A program made the translations under genes and the position numbers. A DNA stretch of 64,000 nucleotides from a virus: the IMG/VR virus record IMGVR_UViG_3300034064_001073, positions 1-64,000 of that record; one strand, written 5' to 3'. Below the pieces are notes generated by a model. It searched no databases and was not told where the DNA came from. It saw only the letters and a program-made list of their open reading frames with translations. Of the stretch, positions 40,367 through 49,965 are shown piece by piece; within the stretch, counting starts at the first letter, position 1, and every line of letters begins with the position of its first letter.

Positions 40367-41857
40367 TTAGAGTAGGACGCGCACGATGGCAGCGAACTGA
40401 CCACCGAATGACTGATGAATTTCTGCAGGATGACCATCGTTAGCCGAACCAGGAGTACGATCAGCAAGTGACACGCCTTCGTAATCATGGAAAGTCTTAA
40501 CAGCAGCAAGATCAGCCTTAGGTGAACGGTCAAGTGTATAGCACTTACCAACAATGTCCTCTGGACGATGGAACGCAGTAGTAGCCATGTCTACTGAGCC
40601 AGTAGTGCCTTCGGTATCGGTCTCGTCAGGACGGGCAATGTAAGGAACAAAGTTAGAATACTTGTCATAAGCAAGATAATCGCCAGGCCTGACTGTACCA
40701 GTCACTGAGGCAAAAACCTTAGCAGGAGCTGCGGCTGTATCAACTGCAGGAGCAGGTGAGTACGAAAACTTAACAAGATCTGTTGCAACTAGACCAGTAG
40801 GAATAGCGTCGCCGCCAGCCTCATAAAGGAAAAGAATGCCAAGGTCACGGTCAAGGAACCAATCACCAGCCGCTTTTAGCGCGTTGGGGCTATTCTTCTC
40901 TTTCTTAAGAAGACCAGTGGTCTTTATGGTAGTAGAAGTACTGTTAGTCACAACTAGCGGATTATAAACATTGCTTTCAACACCCTTTGTGCCAAGAGCA
41001 AGAGCAACCCAGTCTGTAGCAGTAAGATCTGCATAACGATCTGCAAGTAATGTTGTCTTTAGAACTGATTCACTTCCAAGGAACCACTTAGCCGAACCAC
41101 TTTCAAGGTGAGAAAGAGCGGAGACTTTATTCCCAGAAATAGCAGGAACAGCCTCTGAGCCATTTGTTGCAGGAGCAACAGGAAGACGAAGAGTATGATC
41201 CTGGCCAGTCCAGAAGGTTGACTTATTCTCACGACGATAGTTCATGAAACGAAGTTTATTAGGCTGAGTACCATCGCCGCCAGCCCAAGCGTAAACCACG
41301 TTAGCAGCAATACCAATGGGACGAGAAACAAGAGCATCGCAAGTCTCAGCTCCACCAATAAGACCACGGCTACGAAGTCGCTTGGTAAGATTAAGCTCGG
41401 GGAAGGCATCGCCCGCTCCGTCGCTGCTCTTTAAATATGTTTTGGCCGCAGTAACAGGAAGACCAGTACCAAGGTCTTCAATCTGCTCTTCCACGTCCTC
41501 TGCCGTATACTGAAGAATTGCGTCGCCATCTGCAGCCGCCTTCCAAGCAAGACGAATACCAGCAGGAACAAGACGACCTACAGTGCCATGATTAATGGTT
41601 GAGGTGGCATTCTCTCCGTTAAGGGTCTCGCGGGTGAGGGCGACAAGCTTACCAGGCATAACAACAACCTTATCGGTGAAGACGTGACGCTGATAGTCGT
41701 AAGTGAAATAGCCAGCGGCTGAGTTAGTCGCAGTAGCGCTGACAGGAAGCCAAGCCGCTGCGGCAAGGTCATTTTGAGGAGCAACCGTGTCGCCGTGCGT
41801 AGGGGCGATAATCGGCTTACCGTAATCGATATCTCTAAACTTTCTGTATGTTGCCAT
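40367..41857 (-). CDS. capsid accessory/decoration (cement-like) protein
   Basis: 496 aa directly upstream of the MCP, with AGGAG RBS. Motifs VVMPGKLVAL, RLVPAG, PIGIA. Confidence 0.55.
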   Translation of the reverse strand: MATYRKFRDIDYGKPIIAPTHGDTVAPQNDLAAAAWLPVSATATNSAAGYFTYDYQRHVFTDKVVVMPGKLVALTRETLNGENATSTINHGTVGRLVPAGIRLAWKAAADGDAILQYTAEDVEEQIEDLGTGLPVTAAKTYLKSSDGAGDAFPELNLTKRLRSRGLIGGAETCDALVSRPIGIAANVVYAWAGGDGTQPNKLRFMNYRRENKSTFWTGQDHTLRLPVAPATNGSEAVPAISGNKVSALSHLESGSAKWFLGSESVLKTTLLADRYADLTATDWVALALGTKGVESNVYNPLVVTNSTSTTIKTTGLLKKEKNSPNALKAAGDWFLDRDLGILFLYEAGGDAIPTGLVATDLVKFSYSPAPAVDTAAAPAKVFASVTGTVRPGDYLAYDKYSNFVPYIARPDETDTEGTTGSVDMATTAFHRPEDIVGKCYTLDRSPKADLAAVKTFHDYEGVSLADRTPGSANDGHPAEIHQSFGGQFAAIVRVLL

Positions 41858-41879
41858 AATTTTCTCCTATAATTTGGGG

Positions 41880-42695
41880 TTAGACTTTCACGTCTAGTGG
41901 GTTAAACTTTCCTGAAACAAAGCCAGAACGCACTTGTTGAACAAGATAGTTCTCAGCTTTATTTATATCATGATTTCGTAATTCTTTGTATTTACTAGCC
42001 ACTCTTCGCTCTACAGATGTCCAGTATTCTGGTGTAATATCCATTGCATCTTCAATGGTATTTACATCAAGCTTCTTACCAAGCTCTTTAGGCTCAGCAG
42101 AATCTTCAATGATAATCTCTTCTGACTCTGAACTATCGGCAACCTCAGTTGTCGCTTCTTCGGCCGAATCCATTGGGCCACTCATTTCTTCTTCAATTTC
42201 CTCACCGGAAGATTCACTTGGAATTTCCATGCCAGCAGTCTGAAGAGAGGAACCAAGTTGCCACTGCCACTTCTGATGCATATCAATACGCTCAGCTACG
42301 AAGTTTGCAACACCTTGCTCATTGGCAGCATTAGCCATGTCAAAGACATCCTTAAGCATAGCAAGCATCACCACATTCTTCTTGTACATATCAAGAGCAA
42401 GTTCACTTGCTTCAGTAGTCATAGAATCATCTTTGATTGATGCAGTCTCGACCATGTAAGTAAGAGAGTGAGGAAATGAACCAAGCTTGCGGATATTTTC
42501 AGCAAGTGGGTCTACTGAACTAGAGTAGATGTCATCATAGATATTTCCAAATAGCTCATGATACTGAGCAAAATCAGGGCCAGCAACATTCCAATGTGCA
42601 CGATGTGCAGTAGAGTACAGAGCAATTACATTGCTAAGCAGGCCTTTGAGGGCATCAGCCACTTGAGCTGTACTAGTTGTCATTTCAGTTTCCAT
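41880..42695 (-). CDS. dps: Dps-family ferritin with acidic/scaffold-like C-terminal extension
   Basis: 271 aa. AHWNVAGPDFAQYHELF..D..VDPLAENIRKLG (Dps ferroxidase residues) and HQKWQWQL, followed by about 120 extra residues. GGAGG RBS. Confidence 0.85.
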   Translation of the reverse strand: METEMTTSTAQVADALKGLLSNVIALYSTAHRAHWNVAGPDFAQYHELFGNIYDDIYSSSVDPLAENIRKLGSFPHSLTYMVETASIKDDSMTTEASELALDMYKKNVVMLAMLKDVFDMANAANEQGVANFVAERIDMHQKWQWQLGSSLQTAGMEIPSESSGEEIEEEMSGPMDSAEEATTEVADSSESEEIIIEDSAEPKELGKKLDVNTIEDAMDITPEYWTSVERRVASKYKELRNHDINKAENYLVQQVRSGFVSGKFNPLDVKV

Positions 42696-42740
42696 ATTAT
42701 TCCTCCAAAAGGATTAAGTTAAATTAATAATTACATAGTG

Positions 42741-42749
42741 ATTCTAGCA
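42741..42749 (-). promoter_or_regulatory. possible extended -10 element TGCTAGAAT upstream of dps/capsid genes
   Basis: TGnTAGAAT in an AT-rich 67-nt intergenic gap. Confidence 0.3.
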
Positions 42750-42762
42750 TAATTTCTATACT

Positions 42763-45513
42763 TTAGCCACCTATACCAGGAGCAGGATAAGCGCCGAGGG
42801 GAGGAGTCTCTTTCTTGCTCCACACAATAGGAGCCATAATCTTTTTTAGCTCAGACCTCTTCTTGACAGTTACTTCTTCAGTCTTGTCATATAGGCCATC
42901 CTCACCCATTTTAGCAATAGTAAGAATAGTAGCAGGATCTTCCTCTGATGCATCTACACTTAAACCAAGACCATGAGTAACAGTTCCTTTGCTATGCATA
43001 GCATCAATGACTCCATATCCTTCTTTCATTTCAGCTGCGTCGTCCTGCTCACCAAGTGAACCTGAACTAACACCAACTTCATTACCTTTGCTATCAAGAC
43101 GATAAGAAACAAAGTCACCTACAGCAAAAGTTGGCGTTGACGGAGTTGTATAAGTTTTCTCAGGAGTATAAGTATCTTCGACTGAAGACTTAACACTTTC
43201 CTCAATGGCAGTTTCAACAACTGGCTCATTGTAAACAAAGTCACCCATCACCCAAGGACCCTTAACTGAATCTTCAGTTCTCATACGTTCAATTTGTGCA
43301 GCTTTGGCATTTGCCCAGCTCTTGCCGCCATCGCCACCCCAAAGATCCCAAGCAATACGACCAGGAGAGGGAAAGCCTTCTTCGCCTTGGTTGAAGCCAG
43401 AAGCTTTCTTGTCAACCTCATGACGTGCAAAGAAACTCTTCATACGCATAACGGTAGAAGGAGAAAGCTCTTTCTTGTTCATAATGTCTCTAGCGCGCGC
43501 TACTCCAACGCCGGTACCACCGCGCTTGAACTCTGCACGCCACTCAAGAGCACGTTTTGCAGCTGACGCCATACCAGGTGTTGGAACAAATCCCTCAGCG
43601 GCATCATCAATTTCTGGAGCAAATAAGTCTTGAATTTCTTCACCAAACTCACTCTCGTCCATCTTGGACTTGCCGGCATCTTGCATACGTGCAAGCATCT
43701 TCTGGGCACGAGCCTGGATTGACTTAACCTTATCCTCAGCAAGACCCTTAACCTGACCAGCCCTAGCAATAGCATTACGAAGATGAGGAAGGTCAACCTT
43801 GCCATCCTCTCCTTTGTACGGTAAATGGCGAAGTGAGCGAGGTTTAGTTTTGCCCTCTTCATCCTTCTCGCCACCTGACTCAACATAAAAGAAAGAACTA
43901 TCTGGAAGATTGTTAACGTAAGCAGTCGACCAAACAGCATCGTCAATGCTGATTGTTTTTACCATCTCAGAGAACATCTCAGCCGACATATTATCGGCTA
44001 GCTCTACATTAAAGTTGTTAGCAAGGAACTCTTTAACAGAGTCTAGCAATGACTTACTATCAAGCTCAACTTTGGCAAGCTTCTCATCTGTGATAGCCTT
44101 ATCAGAGCGTAGCTCTTTAAGTTCTGACATTACCTCTACAGAAGCAATAGATTTTGACTTAATGTATTCGTCAACAATCGAAAGAATTTCCTTCTTATTG
44201 TCGTCTGATAGTACGCTTGGCATTTCTTGCTCCTCTTCATTGGTTGAGTTAGTTTGGTCTTCCATAGATTCTGTCTTGTTTGCTGAGACTAGTCCGTCTG
44301 GAATAACAGCAAATCTGCAGTAACCATTAGGCTCTATGGTTTGGGAAATAATTTTACAACGACTCTCACTGGCATGAAGAGCGCAATTGCCGCACTTAAC
44401 CCCAATGCTTAGATTTTCATTCTCTGGCCCACTTTCATAGCCAACCCAAATACCAGGAGCCTTATCAAGAGGTCCAACTTTACTAGCAAGAGTCATTAGT
44501 GAATCGGCTAGAGCCTTTTCCTCTTCTGAAAGTTGACTGTAAAGATCAATATAGTCATCTGCTATTTCAACTGGAACTGTAGCAACTGGACCGTTATCAA
44601 AGCTGGCCATAATCTCTGAGTCACTAATATCAGTAGCCGCATTTTTAAAGCAGTCGGTCACAACCATAGTAGTCTTGAAATTTTCTAGGTATTGCTGAAG
44701 GGCGTCGCCACCAACCTCTTTATAATTCATTACTCTAGCATGAACATCAGCAGGATGTGTAACATAAGCATAGCCACGATAGCGAAGACCGCTTGGGACG
44801 CCATACGCTTTGGTCCCATCAATATCGTCGCCAATGTCCCATTCCATCTCGTCAGTCTTGTAAGACTTACCGCTAATAGAATCGTAAAGATCATTAGGAG
44901 TCATCTCAACACTAACTGTAAGATAGCGCCCATCAAGGGTTTTCTCTACAGCCTCTGGATCTGTAACAAGTCCTTTGACAAGTACCCATCCAAGGCCCTC
45001 AAAATCCTCATCAGTCATCATTCCAGACTTGGCAAGCTTCTTCATATAGGGAGCCATAGCAACGTCAGGAGCCTTAAGTATAAGGCCATCCTTGATCATT
45101 GTAGAGCTAACATTATAGGCAGCCTTAGGGTTGTCTACCCAAGTTCCACCAATAGCACGACCAACAGCTCCAACCTCTCTATTCTCAATTTTCTTACCAT
45201 CAACAACAGCAACTTCCTTATGCATAGGCTTAATAGGGATGTTGTATGGATTAGTAAGTGTAGGAATTGCATCTTTCAAGTCAGATGGCATATAGATAAG
45301 GTTATTCTGAGTAGGTCTCATTCCATGAGTAACCTTTGTAAGAGTTACTAGACCAACCTTGTTTTCTGCCACACCATCACTGATAAAGTATTTGAAGTCA
45401 AGAAAGTGTGGGCTCTTCTTGTCCCAAACTTCATGGGTGAAATCGCCCTTAACACTACTAACAAAATAGTCCTGAACAATACCTTCTTGTAATAGTCTCT
45501 TACTTATCTTCAT
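42763..45513 (-). CDS. multidomain prohead protease/scaffold
   Basis: 916 aa between portal and capsid genes. N-terminal protease-like domain (KPMH, AVGRA, VTDPEAVEKTLDGRYLTVSV, YVTHPAD). Then a HiPIP-like CGNC..C..GYC, a WSTAYVNNLPDSSF domain, an RIAWDLWGG domain and an SH3/Tudor-like FAVGDFVSY domain. Confidence 0.75.
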   Translation of the reverse strand: MKISKRLLQEGIVQDYFVSSVKGDFTHEVWDKKSPHFLDFKYFISDGVAENKVGLVTLTKVTHGMRPTQNNLIYMPSDLKDAIPTLTNPYNIPIKPMHKEVAVVDGKKIENREVGAVGRAIGGTWVDNPKAAYNVSSTMIKDGLILKAPDVAMAPYMKKLAKSGMMTDEDFEGLGWVLVKGLVTDPEAVEKTLDGRYLTVSVEMTPNDLYDSISGKSYKTDEMEWDIGDDIDGTKAYGVPSGLRYRGYAYVTHPADVHARVMNYKEVGGDALQQYLENFKTTMVVTDCFKNAATDISDSEIMASFDNGPVATVPVEIADDYIDLYSQLSEEEKALADSLMTLASKVGPLDKAPGIWVGYESGPENENLSIGVKCGNCALHASESRCKIISQTIEPNGYCRFAVIPDGLVSANKTESMEDQTNSTNEEEQEMPSVLSDDNKKEILSIVDEYIKSKSIASVEVMSELKELRSDKAITDEKLAKVELDSKSLLDSVKEFLANNFNVELADNMSAEMFSEMVKTISIDDAVWSTAYVNNLPDSSFFYVESGGEKDEEGKTKPRSLRHLPYKGEDGKVDLPHLRNAIARAGQVKGLAEDKVKSIQARAQKMLARMQDAGKSKMDESEFGEEIQDLFAPEIDDAAEGFVPTPGMASAAKRALEWRAEFKRGGTGVGVARARDIMNKKELSPSTVMRMKSFFARHEVDKKASGFNQGEEGFPSPGRIAWDLWGGDGGKSWANAKAAQIERMRTEDSVKGPWVMGDFVYNEPVVETAIEESVKSSVEDTYTPEKTYTTPSTPTFAVGDFVSYRLDSKGNEVGVSSGSLGEQDDAAEMKEGYGVIDAMHSKGTVTHGLGLSVDASEEDPATILTIAKMGEDGLYDKTEEVTVKKRSELKKIMAPIVWSKKETPPLGAYPAPGIGG

Positions 45514-46150
45514 TAGCCTTCCTTATAATGACTTTGCTATTAGGATGATCAGGCGGTAAATCATAATATTTACTATCTAGGATTTTCCTATTATCTATTA
45601 TAGACTTACTACTTTGATTATATACCTGGTATGATTCTTCGCCATTATCCTTTAAAGCATTGAAAACACCCCAGTTATAACTTCTCATTCTTTCTGTCTC
45701 GTAGATAGTCATCATCCTATGACCAATCGTCTTAGCTGTATCTGTTATAGTGCTACCTTGTCGATTGCGCATCTCAATGTGTAGCTTGTCTATGAAAAAC
45801 TTCTGGACCTTTAACTGAAACTCTATGTTTCCTGTATGAGTCTCAGAAGTTAAATTAGATGAATCAGCATATTCAGAGTAGCCTTTTATGTAGGCCTTTA
45901 TGCTGTTGTCTTTAAGCATGATAGAGAAGCGCTCAAAAGCAGCGTCAACAGTAAACTCAGGATGAACTTCATAGTCAGCCTTTTCTCTTAGATGACTAAC
46001 TAACCCATTTACATCTTCTCTGTACTCGTCAAAGTCCAGAATCTTATCTGTTACTAGACTACCTGGACCACTTTTAGTACCATACTGGTTTGATGGCCTA
46101 ACAGCATTCGCATTAGCTTTGCCACTAGGCGGCGTTACTGAATTTTTTTT
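45500..46150 (-). CDS. MuF/gp7-like head morphogenesis domain; -1 frame continuation of the portal gene
   Basis: Stop-to-stop frame of 216 codons beginning inside the A10 run, with no ATG until 45919. RMMTIYETERMRSYNWG and DLPPDHPNS resemble MuF (R...IarTE...a.n.G; PP.HPNCRC). Confidence 0.65.
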   Translation of the reverse strand, partial: KKNSVTPPSGKANANAVRPSNQYGTKSGPGSLVTDKILDFDEYREDVNGLVSHLREKADYEVHPEFTVDAAFERFSIMLKDNSIKAYIKGYSEYADSSNLTSETHTGNIEFQLKVQKFFIDKLHIEMRNRQGSTITDTAKTIGHRMMTIYETERMRSYNWGVFNALKDNGEESYQVYNQSSKSIIDNRKILDSKYYDLPPDHPNSKVIIRKANEDK

Positions 46151-47679
46151 TTAATATCGCGTGAATCTTTCTCAGGTGCCACTGGCTTTTTTGCAATATT
46201 ACCAGCTGCTAGATCTCTAGCCTTTTGTAAATCACCAGAAGACATAGGAGTTTTATCGCTCTTAGCAGAAGTCTCAGCCAACGGAGACATTGGATTTGCT
46301 CCAAGTCTAAGAAGCTCTTGAGCCTCAGTAATCATCTTGTAATATGAATGATCCCAATCGTTATCTGTAGAGCTTGACATACCAATGCGGTCTCTTAACT
46401 CATCATGGCTAATTGCGCTATTCAACCATAACTGGATAGCCGCATTCTCTTTCTTTATTTGATTTTCAACATCTATTTCCTTGAATCTAAGAACAACTTT
46501 ATTCTCTGGTTCAAGCCAGTCAAAGCTATTGTCCTCTGAACTTTCTTGGAGCATAGGAACAATAAGATGAGCATAAATTTGTTCTTCAAGAACAAGCTGA
46601 TCACTTTTAACTGCATTAATAAGACTACTAGACATAGTAGCTGCAGTTGACCTATTAGCAGTATCACCTTCGCCAATGTCTACCGTTGATAGACCAAGCG
46701 CGGCAAGAACACGCTTCTTGAAATAATCAAGATAGCTTTCAGCTCTAAGTGAGCGTCCTTCCGCTCCAATCATTTTAATCTCATGGCGCTCAGGAGTAAC
46801 AAAGAAACCTTCTGGTGGTTGATTATTAATAATCTCAGTAACCATACTAATTTCATCTCTTCCGTCTGGAAGTATAGTTGCAGGCATTGCTTCTGTTCCA
46901 ATCTTATACTGGACAATAGGAAAGATTGTTTGATGTAGTAGAACTTCTACGTCAGTCTCAATTCGACGTAAAGCCTTGATATCTTCAATTGCTGCACTGC
47001 ATCTTGGGGTACCAACAATAAAGCCTTCAAGCTTATTAACATGAAAATGAATAATTTCATTAGGCTCATATATAGTAGTAGGACGAGTATTCTCGGTCCA
47101 GTCTTCTTCGCTGTATTGTCGATACTTTATGGGCTGTTTAAGGTCGTTGACCTTAACCTGGATCATACTGGTAGGAAGTATATGAAGTGAGCTAATTGGG
47201 GCTATTTTGCGCCCCTTAGAGTCAGTTCTAGTATAGCCTCCAGATGTCTTGTCATTGCGCTTAACAAGAACAAAACAATTGCTATATCTAATAATGTTCT
47301 TAGCTATATCAGTTATAAACTGGCGAGGTGTAGTGCGACTAACATAGCAAACTTCTTTAAAGCGCCGCTCTATGTACTCTACAAGATCAGGGTCTTTTCC
47401 TATAACCTCATACCCCTCTTTCATAAACAAAGAAAGCTTCTTGTCAAAGCTAATCTGTAAGTAAGCCTCAATCGTAGCAACTTTATCTATTTCTTTGAAG
47501 TCATGCTCTAGCTTTTGCCAGTCATTCATAAAGTACGGACGAGTAGTCCTATAGTTAAATACTGGATCCTTAGTCTTTTCCAAGCTAGGTCCAGGCATCT
47601 TACTCTCAGCATCATCTATTACTTTAATCGATGAAGCAAGATTCTTAAGATTAATAACTTGTGCTTTTAATTTAAACAT
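46135..47679 (-). CDS. portal protein
   Basis: 514 aa. IIRYSNCFVLVKR, EIIHFH..GFIVGTP, YLDYFKKRVLAALGLS..GEGDTANRSTA, AISHDELRDRIG. Lies between terminase and protease. Confidence 0.85.
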   Translation of the reverse strand: MFKLKAQVINLKNLASSIKVIDDAESKMPGPSLEKTKDPVFNYRTTRPYFMNDWQKLEHDFKEIDKVATIEAYLQISFDKKLSLFMKEGYEVIGKDPDLVEYIERRFKEVCYVSRTTPRQFITDIAKNIIRYSNCFVLVKRNDKTSGGYTRTDSKGRKIAPISSLHILPTSMIQVKVNDLKQPIKYRQYSEEDWTENTRPTTIYEPNEIIHFHVNKLEGFIVGTPRCSAAIEDIKALRRIETDVEVLLHQTIFPIVQYKIGTEAMPATILPDGRDEISMVTEIINNQPPEGFFVTPERHEIKMIGAEGRSLRAESYLDYFKKRVLAALGLSTVDIGEGDTANRSTAATMSSSLINAVKSDQLVLEEQIYAHLIVPMLQESSEDNSFDWLEPENKVVLRFKEIDVENQIKKENAAIQLWLNSAISHDELRDRIGMSSSTDNDWDHSYYKMITEAQELLRLGANPMSPLAETSAKSDKTPMSSGDLQKARDLAAGNIAKKPVAPEKDSRDIKKKIQ

Positions 47680-49954
47680 TGTCTACGTTTGCTCCTAATG
47701 CAACTCGACGCCAGAACTCTAGGCTTTCACCTTTGCTTATTATAGACGATTTTGCTCTGTCACAATTTATAAGATTAAATCTACTGTCTGTGGCCGGATT
47801 TATTAGATATTTAATAGGAGTGGTTCTCTGAAAACCTTTATTTCTGTTCTGTCTTGCCTTTTCCTCGTAAACAGGTTGACTATTAAAGTATTCCTTCATT
47901 GGGAAATCACTATTAGGATCTGGATCCCAAGGATCCCAAGGACTCTCATTAGTTGAGTTGCCATTCTCATCTTTCATAGGTATACAAGGCTCAATGCCCT
48001 TAGAGGTAGCAGCCTTATAGAGGCCAAGAGCAAAAGATAGTAACTGAGAGACTGCCATAATTTTTGTGCAAAGAACAATATTAGAATCAGTCTTCTCACC
48101 AAATAAAGTCTTAATAACATCCGAACCATATTCTACAATTTTTGTTTGAGCCCCAACATATTCAATAAAGTCATAGATTGCAGTTTTAATCATTTCAAGA
48201 GAGTCCAACGCATCCCCTCGGCCCATCAAAGGATTGGTAATCGTTGATAGAAATTTCATTCCATTAGAGTTCAATGCTCCCTCCAAGGCTTTGCCAACCT
48301 CTTGTTGATCTATGCCTATTTCTCCATTGGCGTTATTAAAATATTTCTGACTCCATTTAGTCAGCGCACTTATTTTGTTATCTTCTCCTGTTCCTGAGTT
48401 TACCCAGTTTGACAGTTCTTCTGTAGTAAATCCATACTGCTTCCCAGCCTTATCAATGTCCTGAATACTTACAAGACTATTAATTGTGCATAGTGCGTAG
48501 TTTGGAAGGGGAGAGATATTGGCACGAATACTCATTTGTAACAAGTTGAGTAGAGGCTCAATAATTCCTCTCATAACTAAATCTCTTAGAAAGTTTAGAC
48601 CAAAGTTTGCATTTGCCGAGAACACTTCCGCCCAAGTATAGACTAAAAGACCACCAAGCGTAGCAATAACAAATAGTAGCTCTAACGGACACAGAGATCC
48701 AAGTCTTAGTAGGGAGCAGTAGTTAGCTTTTAGATGGAACTCAAGATCACTAGCAAATCTTATCTTGTCCCATAGAGCTTTCGTAATACGTAATTGCTCT
48801 TTCATTTTCAATTCAAGATCTACACCAAAAACAAAATCGCTGCCTTTGAATAGATCACCTGGACCTTTCATATTTCCAAGATCGTCTTTCAGCTTTTGCC
48901 ATTCGCCGCCAAAGCACTCATAGCATCCGTCCCAACCACGAATTAAGTCACCAAGATCTTTAGCTGGTTCTCCAATTGCTCTTGCCTTGAGCTTAGAAGG
49001 CTCCTTGCCTCTAAATAGAACGTCTATGGCACTATTTTGCTTGTCTATTCCATTAAGAGTACTCTCTATGCTGTGGACCACTTCCCTGGTCTTCTCAGCC
49101 TCATTAAACAAAGGTATAAGGCCAACTTTCTGAGAGACATTATCTTCACTAAGTTTTATTTCGTTCTGAGCTAAGGAAGTTTCTAGTCCAAACATATCTC
49201 TGAAAATATCAAACTCTTCATAGACTTTCCATCTCTTATCTTCTCCTAGATTGTTCAACCAGTCAGAGGTCATCTTGCCTAAAGTTTCTTTAGGCTTAGA
49301 GTCATAGTCTTTTTTAATTGTTTTTTGAGCTTGGTATGCAAAAGCAAGAGCAACAAGCGGGCCAAACTTAGTTGACATATCTTCGTCTTCTGTTATGCCA
49401 GACATTGCGTCTTTCTGTAACTCTTTAGTTGTAGAGTTTATTTGGTTTTTTGCTTTTAATTCTGTGTAAAGCTTTGTATGCTTTTTTAACTCTTGTATCT
49501 CTTGATAGGTTAACTTGCCTTTTTGATGATTAGGAAAAAGAAAATCTGCGACTAAGCATTCGTCATGATCCTCACTAGTATAAGGAACACTATAGTTTAT
49601 ATCCTTTAACCTATCAGCAGTCTCTGCAAGAAACTTATCTAAAGTTGCTGCTTGTATAGCTGCTTCTTCTCTGTTTTCTTTTCTAAGGGCTTCAACTGCA
49701 AGAGAACTAATGTCTCTTGCTTTACCATTGTAAAGCTCAGAATCTAGTATCTGGTTGTATTCTTTGTTTGAGTTTAGATTAGATAGTAAGTCTTGTATCA
49801 GACTATTCAGCTCTGTTGCAGAGAGTTTATTTACGTCCCTGTTCTCTACTTTATTACCAGGCCCTTCATCTCTGCTTACTTCTTCTAGTTGAATACCTTG
49901 GTTCGTGCTATTACTTTGAATAAAGAACTTTTTGTTTAAAGGAAGCTTTTCCAT
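47672..49954 (-). CDS. hypothetical protein (helical, with Cys motifs and hydrophobic segments)
   Basis: 760 aa ORF in tight operon packing. No motif recognised. Confidence 0.6.
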   Translation of the reverse strand: MEKLPLNKKFFIQSNSTNQGIQLEEVSRDEGPGNKVENRDVNKLSATELNSLIQDLLSNLNSNKEYNQILDSELYNGKARDISSLAVEALRKENREEAAIQAATLDKFLAETADRLKDINYSVPYTSEDHDECLVADFLFPNHQKGKLTYQEIQELKKHTKLYTELKAKNQINSTTKELQKDAMSGITEDEDMSTKFGPLVALAFAYQAQKTIKKDYDSKPKETLGKMTSDWLNNLGEDKRWKVYEEFDIFRDMFGLETSLAQNEIKLSEDNVSQKVGLIPLFNEAEKTREVVHSIESTLNGIDKQNSAIDVLFRGKEPSKLKARAIGEPAKDLGDLIRGWDGCYECFGGEWQKLKDDLGNMKGPGDLFKGSDFVFGVDLELKMKEQLRITKALWDKIRFASDLEFHLKANYCSLLRLGSLCPLELLFVIATLGGLLVYTWAEVFSANANFGLNFLRDLVMRGIIEPLLNLLQMSIRANISPLPNYALCTINSLVSIQDIDKAGKQYGFTTEELSNWVNSGTGEDNKISALTKWSQKYFNNANGEIGIDQQEVGKALEGALNSNGMKFLSTITNPLMGRGDALDSLEMIKTAIYDFIEYVGAQTKIVEYGSDVIKTLFGEKTDSNIVLCTKIMAVSQLLSFALGLYKAATSKGIEPCIPMKDENGNSTNESPWDPWDPDPNSDFPMKEYFNSQPVYEEKARQNRNKGFQRTTPIKYLINPATDSRFNLINCDRAKSSIISKGESLEFWRRVALGANVDNV

Positions 49955-49965
49955 TTTTTATCTTA

